A stretch of 62,956 bases of DNA, filler included, from Octopus bimaculoides (GCF_001194135.2; 4 parts of 4 records of this genome joined end to end with filler, not necessarily neighbours in it); one strand, 5' to 3'. Positions 1 through 11,669 are shown, counted from the first letter of the whole stretch. Program-made: numbers and translations. Notes: generated by a model not told the origin, from the sequence alone.

Positions 1-12
1 GTGGTGGTGGTG

Positions 13-78
<66 letters not shown>
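1..78 (+). repeat. (GTG)n/(GTA)n microsatellite
   Basis: Direct reading. Confidence 0.95.
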
Positions 79-604
79 ACATGATTACCAGACACTCTAA
101 TTTCATTGTACGCTATTGCTAGAGATAGACTTCTCTCCCGTCATCCCTTGTGACGTAGCTATCAAAGGTCACCTGTCGTCAAGCTTTTGCAGGAACTTGT
201 GCTTATTAGACTGCGAGACTCCACACTGCTCTTTCGCTATTTTACATAATTCTGAGGTATATACTGCATAAATCGCATCTTTAATTCTGTATTAATTCTT
301 GTTACAATTTCTTCCTCTTCATTTTCAAACTTCATTTCAGCTTTACCCCGTGTATATGTCGAACTTCAGTCTTTTCTTTTTGTCTTTTCTTTTCCTTTTT
401 TTTTCTTTTTCATCAATAATCCCTTTCGTTGCTAAATTAAATTCCAGGGTATTCTAGTAACGATGTTAAATATCTACCACAAAATAGAACTGATATTTTC
501 AGCAAAATAAATTCGACTTATCTCAAGAGAAAATAGTTGTCGTTAAAAATGACATTCCTTAATAAAAGATAAATCAATATTTTTAAAAAAACTGCTTCCC
601 GCAG

Positions 605-910
605 TTATTATTTATTTATGCGCCCTTTTCAAGCCTAGCCAGGCTCATGGGCCCGGTTTCCCGGGTTCTATGGCGCATGTGCTCCCCAGCTGGACGGGAC
701 GCCAGTCCATCGCAGCTTTACTCATGAAACAGTGAGAGAAAGTTGGGGCGAAAGAGTACAACAGGGGTCACCACCACCCCCTGCCGGAGCCTCGTGGAGC
801 TTTAGGTGGTTTCGCTCAATAAACACACACAACGCCCGGTCTGGGAATCGAAACCGCGATATTCCGACCGCGAGTCCGCTGCCCTAACCACTGGGCCATT
901 GCGCCTCCAC
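605..910 (-). mobile_element. tRNA-derived SINE, V/Meta-like central domain, (ATAA)n tail
   Basis: Minus strand starts GTGGAGGCGCAATGGCCCAGTGGTTAGGG (A box) with GGTTTCGATTCCC (B box). Body contains GCGATGGACTGGCGTCCCGTCCAG. A related copy lies at 10203-10514. Domain name is from memory. Confidence 0.85.
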
Positions 911-1048
911 GCATCCCGCAGTTAAGGGTAATGAAATTTTGAGTGGATATTGCTGGTATTGTAGTTATGGCCGTCTCGTCTTTTTATCAGACATTGAATT
1001 ACATTATCATTTTCGCGATTCCCTTTCTTTAAAACAATAGCATGTGTA

Positions 1049-1092
<44 letters not shown>

Positions 1093-2522
1093 TTTATCTA
1101 CTATTTCTAGCCAGTCAAGCGACCTCATTGAGGTTCTGTCATCTTTAAATTACGTCTGATGCTATTTCATTATTATACTATTGTAGTCGCCTCATGTAGT
1201 CTTCTCAGGAATATATGCTTTTCCACGTATATCTCCGGTTTTTTATTCTTCCCCCTTTCCCCCTCCTCCCCACAGAATTCATAATTTCTGTTAAATCTCT
1301 GTAGAAAAGATGTACTTATAAGGAAATTCTCTCCCGACCACTCAGTTCTGACTTATCGACTCGAGTTGACATATAGCTTGGTTTGCATTATGTGTCTTAT
1401 CATGAAAGTAAATTCGCTTCTTTCATACCTCTGTCCAGCCTAAATATTTCCCTGTCTACGCATAAAAATTTCGTAGAAATTTTACTAGCTAGGCGCTGGT
1501 GTTTTATCGGTTTTCTGACTAAATCACTATTCCCAAGAGGACTTTTGCTTTTATATTTTATTTATAATCAAAACATTAATATGTATGTTCAAGAATTCCT
1601 AGCGTTTTATACATTACTAGACACTACGCACGGATTTATTTTAATCTTCCTCAATATGGAAGAATTGCTAACATCGCTCTCTGTCTTTCTGTCTGTCCGT
1701 CTCTCAATTTATCTCTTTCTAGTCTATTCTTTTTCTCCCATTCTCTCCCTCTTTCTCTATCTCACCCCTTCTCTCTTTCTCTCTCTCTCCATCTCTCCCT
1801 CTCTCTTTAATCATTCGTTTTTTTTCTGTTCATATCACTTTTTCTCGACTTAGATTTTTCTGAATAAGGTTTTTCACTTCATTATACAACAATCTACTCT
1901 GTTTGAAGAGTGTATTGATACCCTATTTACATAATCGACCAGTTTTCGCTATTTATCTCAATTGTTGGTGAGCGAAATAATAAAATCAAAAGTCAAACNN
2001 NNNNNNNNNNNNNNNNNNNNNNNNNNNNNNNNNNNNNNNNNNNNNNNNNNNNNNNNNNNNNNNNNNNNNNNNNNNNNNNNNNNNNNNNNNNNNNNNNNNN
2101 NNNNNNNNNNNNNNNNNNNNNNNNNNNNNNNNNNNNNNNNNNNNNNNNNNNNNNNNNNNNNNNNNNNNNNNNNNNNNNNNNNNNNNNNNNNNNNNNNNNN
2201 NNNNNNNNNNNNNNNNNNNNNNNNNNNNNNNNNNNNNNNNNNNNNNNNNNNNNNNNNNNNNNNNATGCTTTGTCTACTTCTCTTAACAGTATTTACTATT
2301 CCGTAGACAAATGGAAGATGATCATTTTGGTTAGCAGTGCTAATATATTTCTTCTTTTAACCACACAAAGACGAAATTTTGCCGCATAGAGCAGTCTTTC
2401 CGTTACGGTCCATCTCTTTAAAGCTGGTATTTCATGCTAATTTGTTCATTCAAATACATAGAAAATTCGACTTTGTGAATAAAAACAGCAACAGCAGCAG
2501 CAGCAGTGGCAGTAGTAATGGT

Positions 2523-2560
<38 letters not shown>

Positions 2561-3915
2561 TTGTTGTTACAATGTATCAGATCAACTCCAATTGAGCAAA
2601 CAAATAACAGGAGGCGATCCAGCGTATAAGACTATCAGAGTTAATCTATCGAATGACGCATCCGTTCCTTATATTAAGACAGCATGGCGTGACTTCAGAA
2701 AAAATATATTAAAAAAAAAAGTAGCTGTTATTTCTACTAGGTTGAATGACCACGTCAAGGTTACTTTCGTTGCCTCACAGAAGTTTGTGTTGTTGTCATT
2801 GATAATTTAATCCGACACCTCTCCTCGGAGACGCCATTACGCTATATATATATTATTGTATGTTGTCGTTCAGTTTCGACTTTACACGGAACAATAGCAA
2901 CATGTAAATAGTTATACGATGGAGAAAAGTATTTACTACATAGCCTTCATCCTCGACAAAATCAGCACTCCTCTTCAATCGTCATTCATTCTTTTTCTTT
3001 ATACATAGAAAGCGTTAAATCGCATTAGAGCGAAAGATTGATACCATTTCTAAGTGACAGCTGCAGTTTACCTTGAGCTGAGCTGGCATAACAAGTCAGC
3101 TTTGTCAATTTAGACGCATTGAAAGGATATGCCCATGAGATTAAAATTAAGTGTATATTTAACTAGATCGGTTGCTGTCTTTCTGTATTGTGGGTGTGTA
3201 AGAGTAGGAGTGTTTACATTGTGTATTCTATATTGTNNNNNNNNNNGGGGGGGGGGGGGGTTATACGTGAGTGATGGAGGTTGTTTGATGTAACGTGGGT
3301 GCAACAGCACACATTCGTTGCAAGTACGATGTTGTTAAAGAGAAGACTTATTTGATAGACAAGGAAGGTTATTGTTGTTGTTGCAGTTATGGCCGCCAGG
3401 CAGAACGAAGAACCATCACATTCTGTTTGTTTATGCTATCTCGACAATCAGATTTATCAACTCAACTTTAGTGGCATTGTTATGACAAGGCTTGGTAAAA
3501 GATTCTAATCCTAGTTCACCGATTAGCTGTGTATCAAATCCAAGTTTTAACCGAAAATGTCATTGTTTTTTCATAATGTTTTTATCTTGTCGGAAAAATA
3601 AGTTATTGACGACTACTCAGTCGGTAAAGTATCAGCTTTTTTCTGCAACTCGTGGTGGATCAGGTGTGTGTATCATACTATAGGCAGGATACTGTCTGAT
3701 TCAATATATTTTTCGCTTTATTTCTTGGAAAGATAAGAAAATCAACATTTTTACAGTAAATACATCTAGAAACCGTCATTATGTAAAACAATTATTTTAT
3801 CGACATTTATTTACGCTCCTCACAAATCTTAATAATGATTAGCACCAAACCGCATTATATGAGTGTGTCTGTGTTTGTGTGTATATATATGTGTGTGTAT
3901 ATATATGCGTGTACA

Positions 3916-3972
<57 letters not shown>

Positions 3973-4230
3973 NNNNNNNNNNNNNNNNNNNNNNNNNNNN
4001 NNNNNNNNNNNNNNNNNNNNNNNNNNNNNNNNNNNNNNNNNNNNNNNNNNNNNNNNNNNNNNNNNNNNNNNNNNNNNNNNNNNNNNNNNNNNNNNNNNNN
4101 NNNNNNNNNNNNNNNNNNNNNNNNNNNNNNNNNNNNNNNNNNNNNNNNNNNNNNNNNNNNNNNNNNNNNNNTATCACCCTATTGCTTCATCGGAGCTTCA
4201 AAGATGAAGAGCACTTCAGTTTTGAATCGC

Positions 4231-4338
4231 CATTGAAGCTCTGATAAAGCTCTGATGAAGCTCTGGTGAAGCTCTGATGAAGCTCTGGTGAAGCTATGTG
4301 TTCATTGCATCTTATAGCGAAACAGCTGTAAGCTAATG
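4231..4338 (+). ncRNA. Minimal type I hammerhead ribozyme motif (PLE-type) with 5x tandem-amplified core
   Basis: CATTGA-AGCT-(CTGATGA-like x5)-AGCT...AGC-GAAA-CAGCTG-TA-AGCTAATG. Stem III is palindromic (CAGCTG) and stem I is catt(ga)agct/agctaatg. Confidence 0.7.
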
Positions 4339-4494
4339 AACTTCGTTACATAATTTCTTATTCGGTGTCGTTTGTTTAATTTCTTATTACTGCTATGTAC
4401 TCGACTGACCCTTTTTTTCTTGAGACATATATATATATACATATGTACATTGAGTTCTAACACCAGGTTATTAGCATCCCTATGCTTAAATGAG

Positions 4495-4495
4495 A

Positions 4496-4527
<32 letters not shown>

Positions 4528-4549
4528 TTATCATCACCATCATCATCAC

Positions 4550-4630
<81 letters not shown>

Positions 4631-4631
4631 T
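4495..4631 (+). repeat. (TTA)n-(CAT)n compound microsatellite
   Basis: Direct reading. Confidence 0.95.
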
Positions 4632-4636
4632 GTTAT

Positions 4637-5147
4637 GAGCGTAGCTTAGTAGTCAGGGTATTCTGCTCCCGATCGTAAGCTCGCGAGTTCGATTCCTGGT
4701 GGAATGTTGTGTCCTTGAGCAAGACTCTTTATTTCACGTTGCACAGATTTGCTTGTCAGTTGTTTGACCTTAACCAGTTGAGCATATCTCTTAATGGCTG
4801 ACGATATGTGCATCTCTGATCATGAGCAGAAGTAGAAGAGGAGCATCATAGCCATGTACTGAGAGGAATTATTTTGGGTTTGGATAATTCACCTCTGGAA
4901 ACATGGGTGTTTTGTTCAACATCCTTTTGAGCGGGATGGGCTATTCGACCTGAAGAAAATTCTAACTGGGCCCCACCTGCAAGGTCATGCGCTGTTTATC
5001 TTGATACGAGATCACCATGTCTCACACATATGGTTGTGATGCATGTGTCTAGCGTACCCTTACCAGACGGGTAGTCATGGTGGGTATAATGGGCTTCGTA
5101 TATTTGTACCCCAGTGTCACTTTGAAGGACGAACTACTCTCTCATTC

Positions 5148-5180
<33 letters not shown>
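4637..5180 (+). mobile_element. tRNA-headed CORE-like SINE with long 3' body and (AAT)n tail
   Basis: Head GAGCGTAGCTTAGTAGTCAGGG...GAGTTCGATTCC, then TGTGTCCTTGAGCAAGACTCTTTATTTCACGTTGC (same domain as 59555-59881). Ends in (AAT)n at ~5148-5180. Confidence 0.75.
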
Positions 5181-5181
<1 letters not shown>

Positions 5182-5354
5182 GGCACACGGCCTGAAATTT
5201 GGTGGGAGGGAGCTAGTCAATTACATCAATCCCAGTGTTCAATTGGTACTTATTTCATCAACCTCGAAAGGATGAAGGGCAAATATATGTGTGTGTGTGT
5301 GTATTACTCTTTTACTTGTTTCAGTCATTTGACTGCGGCCATGCTGGAGCACTG

Positions 5355-5360
<6 letters not shown>
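5181..5360 (-). mobile_element. Degenerate SINE fragments (Nin-like body and 3' tail)
   Basis: Reverse complement matches the body of the SINE at 10929-11140 and the tail of the SINE at 7688-7851. Confidence 0.65.
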
Positions 5361-5397
<37 letters not shown>

Positions 5398-6149
5398 TAC
5401 ATACATGTATATATATATGAGTTATCTTTGATGGTAAAAAGGCCTTCGACTTTGTTCCGTGCGAGGTTCTTTTTTTTTTTAAAGTGAATATTCTACTCAT
5501 TCTGTATAATATTTATAGCTTTATCTACTTCAAGTTCCACCATTTTATACGATATGTATATGTATATATGTGTGTGTGTGTGCGCGCATGCACATACACA
5601 CGTATATGGTTTAGTGCTAATCATTTTAAAGATATGTGAGGAGCGTAAATAAAGATGAAGGGATTTCTTACATAACCCGTTGAAATAATTGTGTGGCAGT
5701 CATTATTATATCGTTGATAATAAGCAATTAAGTAAGAAGCTGCTTCCGTGCACAAGAATGACCATAGAAATAAATATGTATTCCTATGCATTTATTATGT
5801 TTAACTGTTTATATATTACGTAGGTAGAAAGGTGTACTTATGAGATACTGAAGAATATTTTTGCGTACTTATGGTAATAGCTGAAGATTTACAATATGGA
5901 AGACATAGAGAATGATCTCATTAAATGTATTATGCTGCATGTGTTCTGCATTGTTATAAAAAATAAGAGAAAAAAAGAGCACTCAGAGAGCGCAAACCTC
6001 CGCCAAGGCAACACCAATGTCCTCTCAACGATTAGCTATGAGATGATTCTTAAAATGAGAATATCTGAAATAAACTCAACTGCTCTCACAAACGAGAATA
6101 CTAAAAATGAACCCGACCGCTCTCAAATATTAAGTAAAAAAAAAAAAAC

Positions 6150-6356
6150 GGAACGATAATCCAGAATCCTTGTCCGGTACCTGATCGATCCCAAAGTCTA
6201 ATCAGTTTGTGCCAGTCACGAGGCCAAACATCCCTGAAAGTTTCATCCGAGTCCATTCAGCGCTTCTTGGGGTATCTTGTCCATGGACAAACAAACAAAC
6301 AAGCAAATGCGACTGAAAACAATACGTCCGCCTTAGTGAAGACGGAGGTAATAAAA
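6150..6356 (+). mobile_element. Possible non-autonomous Helentron/HINE-like repeat 3' end
   Basis: (CAAA)n run followed by terminal hairpin TCCGCC-ttagtgaa-GACGGAGGTAAT. No matching 5' end was identified. Confidence 0.3.
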
Positions 6357-6561
6357 CAGTTGAATAGAGAGATGCGATGTCTGTCGATCTTAGAACACAA
6401 GGAAGATTAATCTTTGTCTAACATGTTTTCATCCTCTCATCCACTTTATTGGGTTTAATACTTTTGTTGCCATATTTCTGTTTAAATACACCGCTTTGCT
6501 TTTGTTAATTTTTGAAAATAATTAAGAATTTAGTAATATAACTGATATTATTTAGCTGATG

Positions 6562-6812
6562 TAGGTTGGTGAGCTGGCAGAAACGTTAGCACGCCGGACG
6601 AAATGCTTAGCGATATTTCGTCTGCCGTTACGTTCTGAGTTCAAATTCCTTTCGTCTGCCGCTACGTTCTGAGTTCAAATTCCGCCGAGGTCGACTTTGC
6701 CTTTCATCCTTTCGGGGTTGATAAATTAAGTACCAGTTACGCACTGGGGTCGATGTAATCGACTTAATCCCTTTGCCTGTCTTTGTTTGTCCCAGACAGA
6801 CAAACAGGAAGA
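6562..6812 (+). mobile_element. tRNA-derived Nin-like SINE with 34-bp internal duplication
   Basis: GGTGAGCTGGCAGAAACGTTAGC head and GCCTTTCATCCTTTCGGGGTTGATAAATTAAGTACCAG body. Segments 6616-6649 and 6650-6683 are a tandem duplicate. Confidence 0.9.
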
Positions 6813-7384
6813 AAGAAAGAAAGGAAGAAAGAAAACAACTGCAGCAAATCCAGCGAATGACGTTGAATAGAACGGGAAAAAAAACGTTCACAAATTAGAT
6901 TCAGTTCATACACGTGAATATTTGTGTAATGGCAAAATAACATTATGTATAATATACATGTTCGTATTGGCAGGCCAATGTACTTTCCTGCTGCATTTAA
7001 TAGCAATTTCCTTTCTAGGAACAATAGTTCTTTTGTAAAGTATCTATTTGTGTTTGAACAGATAGTCTTGGAGTTGTGTACGAAGAGGTAATTTTCTTTA
7101 GATATTTGTGTATGAAGATAAGCTAATTTTTTCTCTCTTTCTTTTTTGTCTTATTTATACAAGTTATATAATGTTTTGTATGTGTCTTCAAAGTACAGCA
7201 ACGTTTGGTGCACGGAATGTGTAAAGGTTTTTGTACAACATCACTGACGTAAGACCAGGTACTGATGTCGATTGAAACATCGGTTTTAACTGTTTGTGAT
7301 CTCGGTAGCATTTGTGGTCAAGGCTAGACATATACTGCTGCAGTCTGAGCTCATAGGTGGACAGATCGTGATCTCGTATCGAGA

Positions 7385-7675
7385 ACAAAACAACATGTTT
7401 TAAATCTCTGAGCCAGAGAAATAAATTAACAGTACTGGATAGTAATGTTTATATTCCAACATAATGTGGTAGTCCTGTAAAGGGCGATGTTACTGTTGTT
7501 TTAGCCCCAGGAAAACATCTTTCCCAGCTGGCTAACGACACAGTCTGTGTTTGTATATAGCATTTGCAAGGGAGGTCATCGCTCCCATCTCTAGTTTTAC
7601 ATGATATTCATTGTTACTGTATTTCTCTCGCCACTGACTGAGGACGGGTAACATTCAGACAACTAGGTCTGTGAG
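7385..7675 (+). repeat. Structured-module repeat copy 1 (module 7466-7586) plus degenerate hammerhead (7638-7669)
   Basis: GATGTTACTGTTG-TTTTAGCCCCAGG...CCAGCTGGC is shared with 11548, 18618 and ~27290. Left flank (AACAGTACT..TAGTAA..CCAACATAAT) is shared with 27240-27278. Confidence 0.8.
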
Positions 7676-7687
7676 TATATATATATA

Positions 7688-8177
7688 ATCTTTTACTCTT
7701 TTACTTGTTTCCGTCATTTGACTGCAGCCATGCTGGAGCACCACCTTTAGTCGAGCAAATCGACCCCGGGACTTATTCTTTGTAAGCCTAATACTTATTC
7801 TATCGATCTCTTTTGCCGAACTGCTAATTGACAGGGACATAAACACACCAGCATATATATATATATATATATANNNNNNNNNNNNNNNNNNNNNNNNNNN
7901 NNNNNNNNNNNNNNNNNNNNNNNNNNNNNNNNNNNNNNNNNNNNNNNNNNNNNNNNNNNNNNNNNNNNNNNNNNNNNNNNNNNNNNNNNNNNNNNNNNNN
8001 NNNNNNNNNNNNNNNNNNNNNNNNNNNNNNNNNNNNNNNNNNNNNNNNNNNNNNNNNNNNNNNNNNNNNNNNNNNNNNNNNNNNNNNNNNNNNNNNNNNN
8101 NNNNNNNNNNNNNNNNNNNNNNNNNNNNNNNNNNNNNNNNCTGGGACGTAAACACACCAACATCGATTGTCAAGCGG
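7688..8177 (-). mobile_element. SINE variant (GCTCCAGCATGGCCGCAGTCAAATGAC-type tail), split by a gap
   Basis: Same family as 50255-50470 and 33195-33365. Confidence 0.8.
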
Positions 8178-8189
8178 AAAATCTATTGT

Positions 8190-10075
8190 TCGGTTATAAG
8201 ACCTCCAGGTTTCTCATCAGTTTCCAAAGATGTTTTCTTTTTCCCGTTTTTGAATAGACATTCACATCTATTGGACATCTGATCTCCACAACGGTGTACG
8301 ACCTTTGCTCGCAGTCCCGCACAACTACATCTGACTTACCCTTGTTGTGCTTACATTAGATGGCTGTTTTTATTGAAATGTTCCAACAGAATTCTTTATT
8401 TTTAAAAGTGTCGATACAATCTGGCTTTAGTGTGCTTTGGATGTTACCGTCAAAATATTCCTTCTTTTATATAGCATTGTAGACCGACTTAGTGACAATG
8501 GCATGTTTCGTTAGCAAGTAGTATCTTACGGACATTTTCTAACAGCTATTGACGATGTGTGTGAAGACTTCCACACTGTTACATCACAATCGACATTTTC
8601 TATAACAGCGCTGAGTATTAAAGGCATCCTCATCTCATTTTCTTTTTATTACATATTCAGTCATTATCTTTCATTCTTTGACAGCAAATGCATATACTTC
8701 TTGGTTAGATGTGATATATTTATTTCTTTATTAATTTATTAATTTATTAAGATGTGATATATTTATCACAAGTCCAGCAAAGGCTGTTTTTCTTTATTAA
8801 TTTATTAATTTATTAAGATGTGATATATTTATCACAAGTCCAGCAAAGGCTGTTTTTACTGTCGATATGTTTTTGGAGAGACATTTACACAATACTCACT
8901 CTGTCGTTCATCTAATCACTTTGCATCAGACTTGTATTGTTTGTTTACACTCGAGATCCCTCTCCAAAATGTGTCTGGATCATTCGAGGTAGGATCTTTT
9001 ACAACCTTTATGTTATGGCTTTCCATATTGCGATACATCGTTTCTGAGTTTCTTACAAATTTGCTATTGATGTTTTTTTGTTCTAGTAGGATTTCTTTTA
9101 TAGCGTAAGTGCTCACCTGTCGCTTACAGTTCAGGTTTAAGGGAAATTAACTTACCCGTTAGTATTTCTTGTCGACAAATCCCATAGATTTTAGATAATC
9201 CATAATATAGGTGCAGCAGGTGGTTCGTGAATTTCTTATTCACTTTGCACTTAATGATAGTCTCTAACTGTCCAATATTTTCCGTGACTCTGTCAATAAG
9301 TGTCTCGAGAGAGGAATCTATTTTCGTTGTTTCTCCTGACTGCGATCGATCTCCGCTACTTCCAACTATTGGCGAATGGTAATTGAAGAACAATATAGCA
9401 GAATATTCAATGTCCAAAAGTTAGGATTTTCAATCTCTGCCAATTGTTCTTCAACTATTTGGTCCATCGCAGATAACATCAGGTTGGTCGGTTTTCTATC
9501 GATTCGTGTGGTAATTGCTCTCTCATGAATTGTTGTTAATGTAGATGTTTTGTTTAGGCTTCACTCATTATTTCTGTTTGCTCGTAATTGATAACTACTC
9601 GCTCGTTTAATGGCAGTATGTTCGTCTCAGTTTTATTGTTGATGCATCAATCGCGTTCCACGTTGTTAACGATTTTCTCAGAAGAATTCACTGGTCTGCT
9701 CTGACTCTTATATGTTATGAGATTCGGATAGTCTATGGGAATAACAGCCAGTTTATTCCCAACTGGAACCTTAGCAAGGCTTAGTAATTTTATTGTCTAT
9801 GAGTGAAGAACAGAATCAAACGCCTTTTTTATAGTTTGGAGAGATATAGTTAGCAGATTTCGTAGGGAGGCGCTGCTTTGCTTTCTTAAGGACAGCTTTT
9901 TTGGATGAGTTCTTTAGCACAGCCCCAAACTCCTTCCTTTCCCTCTGCTCGCTTTTCATTTAACATGCTATGTGTTTCACAGTGATCCTAAAAGGAATGC
10001 ATTCGAGCAACCTGTATATAATTTCTATATAACATTCAAGCACGCTATAGACCTGTAGTTTTCGGCCACATGTGT
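8190..10075 (-). mobile_element. Degenerate RLE-type non-LTR retrotransposon (R4/NeSL-like), RT plus restriction-like endonuclease
   Basis: My minus-strand translations: VAENYRSIACLNVI*KLYTG (~10068-10010), EQRGKEGVWGC-like (~9950), YKK/AFDSVLHS (frameshifted, ~9820), CWNISIKTAI*CKHNKGKSDVVVRD...VVEIRCPIDVNV (~8390-8255). Stops and frameshifts throughout. Confidence 0.75.
8707..8857 (+). repeat. 66-bp tandem duplication (8726-8791, 8792-8857) plus a partial third copy
   Basis: Direct reading; the two units are identical. Confidence 0.9.
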
Positions 10076-10202
10076 CTGCTAGTGTTTAGCTACTATTGAT
10101 GTACGTACGTATGCTGACCAGTTCGGTGCATCTATCTCAGTGTTCATTGCTGAGGTTTCCTGATTTCTTAGTTGTCTGACACTGAAGTTCGAATAGTTGG
10201 GT

Positions 10203-10514
10203 GGTTGTTGTTGTTGTTGTTTCTCGAGCCATATCTAACACATAAGAGCCGCTTTCCCCGGTTTCATTGGCGTATTGGTTCCCCACCGGGACGGAACGGC
10301 GGTCTGTCGCAAGTAAGCTGCTAGATGCAGGAGGAAAGCGAGAGAGAAAGTTGTGGCGAAAGAGCCAGCAGAGATTCGCCATTACCTCCCGCCGAAGCCG
10401 CGTGGAGCTTAGGCGTTTCGCTCATAAACACACACATCGTCCGGTCTGAGATTCGAACTCACGATCTCTCGACCGCGTGTCCGCTGCTCTAACCACTAGG
10501 CAATGTGCCTCCAC
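10203..10514 (-). mobile_element. tRNA-derived SINE related to 605-910, (AAC)n tail
   Basis: Minus-strand head GTGGAGGCACATTGCCTAGTGGTTAGAGC...GAGTTCGAATCTC. Confidence 0.85.
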
Positions 10515-10760
10515 GTTGAGGTATCGTAGATCCCAGAAATTCTTCATCCTTTTCGTGTAAACCTATCGAAGGATCTTCCCTTGTCTTTTTTATAGAATTT
10601 ATATAAGCCTCGGTTCAATTCAAAGCTCCACTGAAACTTCTGTCCATAGTTACGTTCCTTGCGATAGTTGACCCTAGTCTCCTGTCCAGCATTGATGTCT
10701 ATATTATTAATCCTTCTTAAGGCGACGAACTGGAGTCATCATTTTTTCTACTCTAAGCAT

Positions 10761-10894
10761 AAGGCTCGAAATTTTTGGGGAGGGAGCCAGTCGATTAGAT
10801 CGACCGCAGTACGCAACTGGTATTTAATTTATCGATCGAAATACCGCTTAGCATTTCGCCCGGCATTCTAACGTTTCTGCCAGTTCACCGTCTT
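10761..10894 (-). mobile_element. Nin-like SINE with internal deletion
   Basis: Reverse complement has the AAGACGGTGAACTGGCAGAAACGTTAG head. The B box and central part are missing. Confidence 0.8.
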
Positions 10895-10928
10895 AAACTG
10901 GAGGCGTATGATATATAACCAAATATAT

Positions 10929-11140
10929 AAGGCGGTGAGCTAGCAGAATCGTTTGCACGCCGGGCAAAATGCTTAGCAGTATTTCGTCTATCCTTACGTT
11001 TTGAGTTCAAATTCCGCCGAGGTCGACTTCACTTTTCATCCTTTCAGGGTCGACAAATTAATTACCAGTGAAACACTGGAGGGTCTATGTAATCGACTAG
11101 TTCCCTCTCTTCAAAACTTCAGGCCTTCGTCTCATAAAGC
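10929..11140 (+). mobile_element. Nin-like SINE (AAAACTTCAGGCCTT-type tail)
   Basis: AAGGCGGTGAGCTAGCAGAATCG head, GAGTTCAAATTCC B box. Confidence 0.9.
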
Positions 11141-11184
11141 GAAATTTCTATACATCTTAAATTTCACAGAAGAATGTGTGGTGA

Positions 11185-11261
11185 GGGCAGTTTAGCTTGA
11201 TCGGTCTAGAGCACCGCGCCGCGTAATCACGGAGGTGTGAGTTCGTGTCTCATAGCTGGCC
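11185..11261 (+). pseudogene. tRNA-like sequence (pseudogene or SINE head; possible CGT anticodon)
   Basis: 77 nt GGGCAGTTTAGCTTGATCGGTCTAGAGC...GTGAGTTCGTGTCTCATAGCTGGCC. D and T arms are recognisable, acceptor and anticodon stems are mismatched, and a T-run follows ~10 nt downstream. Confidence 0.5.
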
Positions 11262-11522
11262 GCCAACACACTTTTTCTCTGCAAAATAGGGGTAGCTTAT
11301 CCTGTTCAGGCTATACTATATTAGCATTATCCCGCGTTTGAGAATTTAAAATCACTTCTTTAACTTTCTAAGACATCTCAACGCTTCTAAAAGCAAACTN
11401 NNNNNNNNNNNNNNNNNNNNNNNNNNNNNNNNNNNNNNNNNNNTTAATTAATTAANNNNNNNNNNNNNNNNNNNNNNNNNNNNNNNNNNNNNNNNNNNNA
11501 TATATATATATATATATATATA

Positions 11523-11669
11523 GGTGAAGTATATTTGCCACTTAAATGTGGCTGACCCCTAAGGGTAGATGTTACTGTTGCTTTTAGCCCCAGGAGAACA
11601 TCTCTTCCAGCTGGCTATTGTTACACATCTGTGTCCTGTCTGTATTTGCAAAGGGAAGTCATCCTTCCC
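11523..11669 (+). mobile_element. Left end of TIR-type MITE with structured module (copy 2), next to (TA)n
   Basis: GGTGAAGTATATTTGCCACTTAAATGTGGCTGACCC matches the left TIR and module of 18591-18773. No right TIR is seen. Confidence 0.75.

Noticed and set aside
11444-11455. TTAATTAATTAA islands inside N-runs (also 26050-26061 and 46354-46365)
   Set aside because: Identical 12-mer with stops in all frames, centred in gaps: a scaffolding spacer, not biology.
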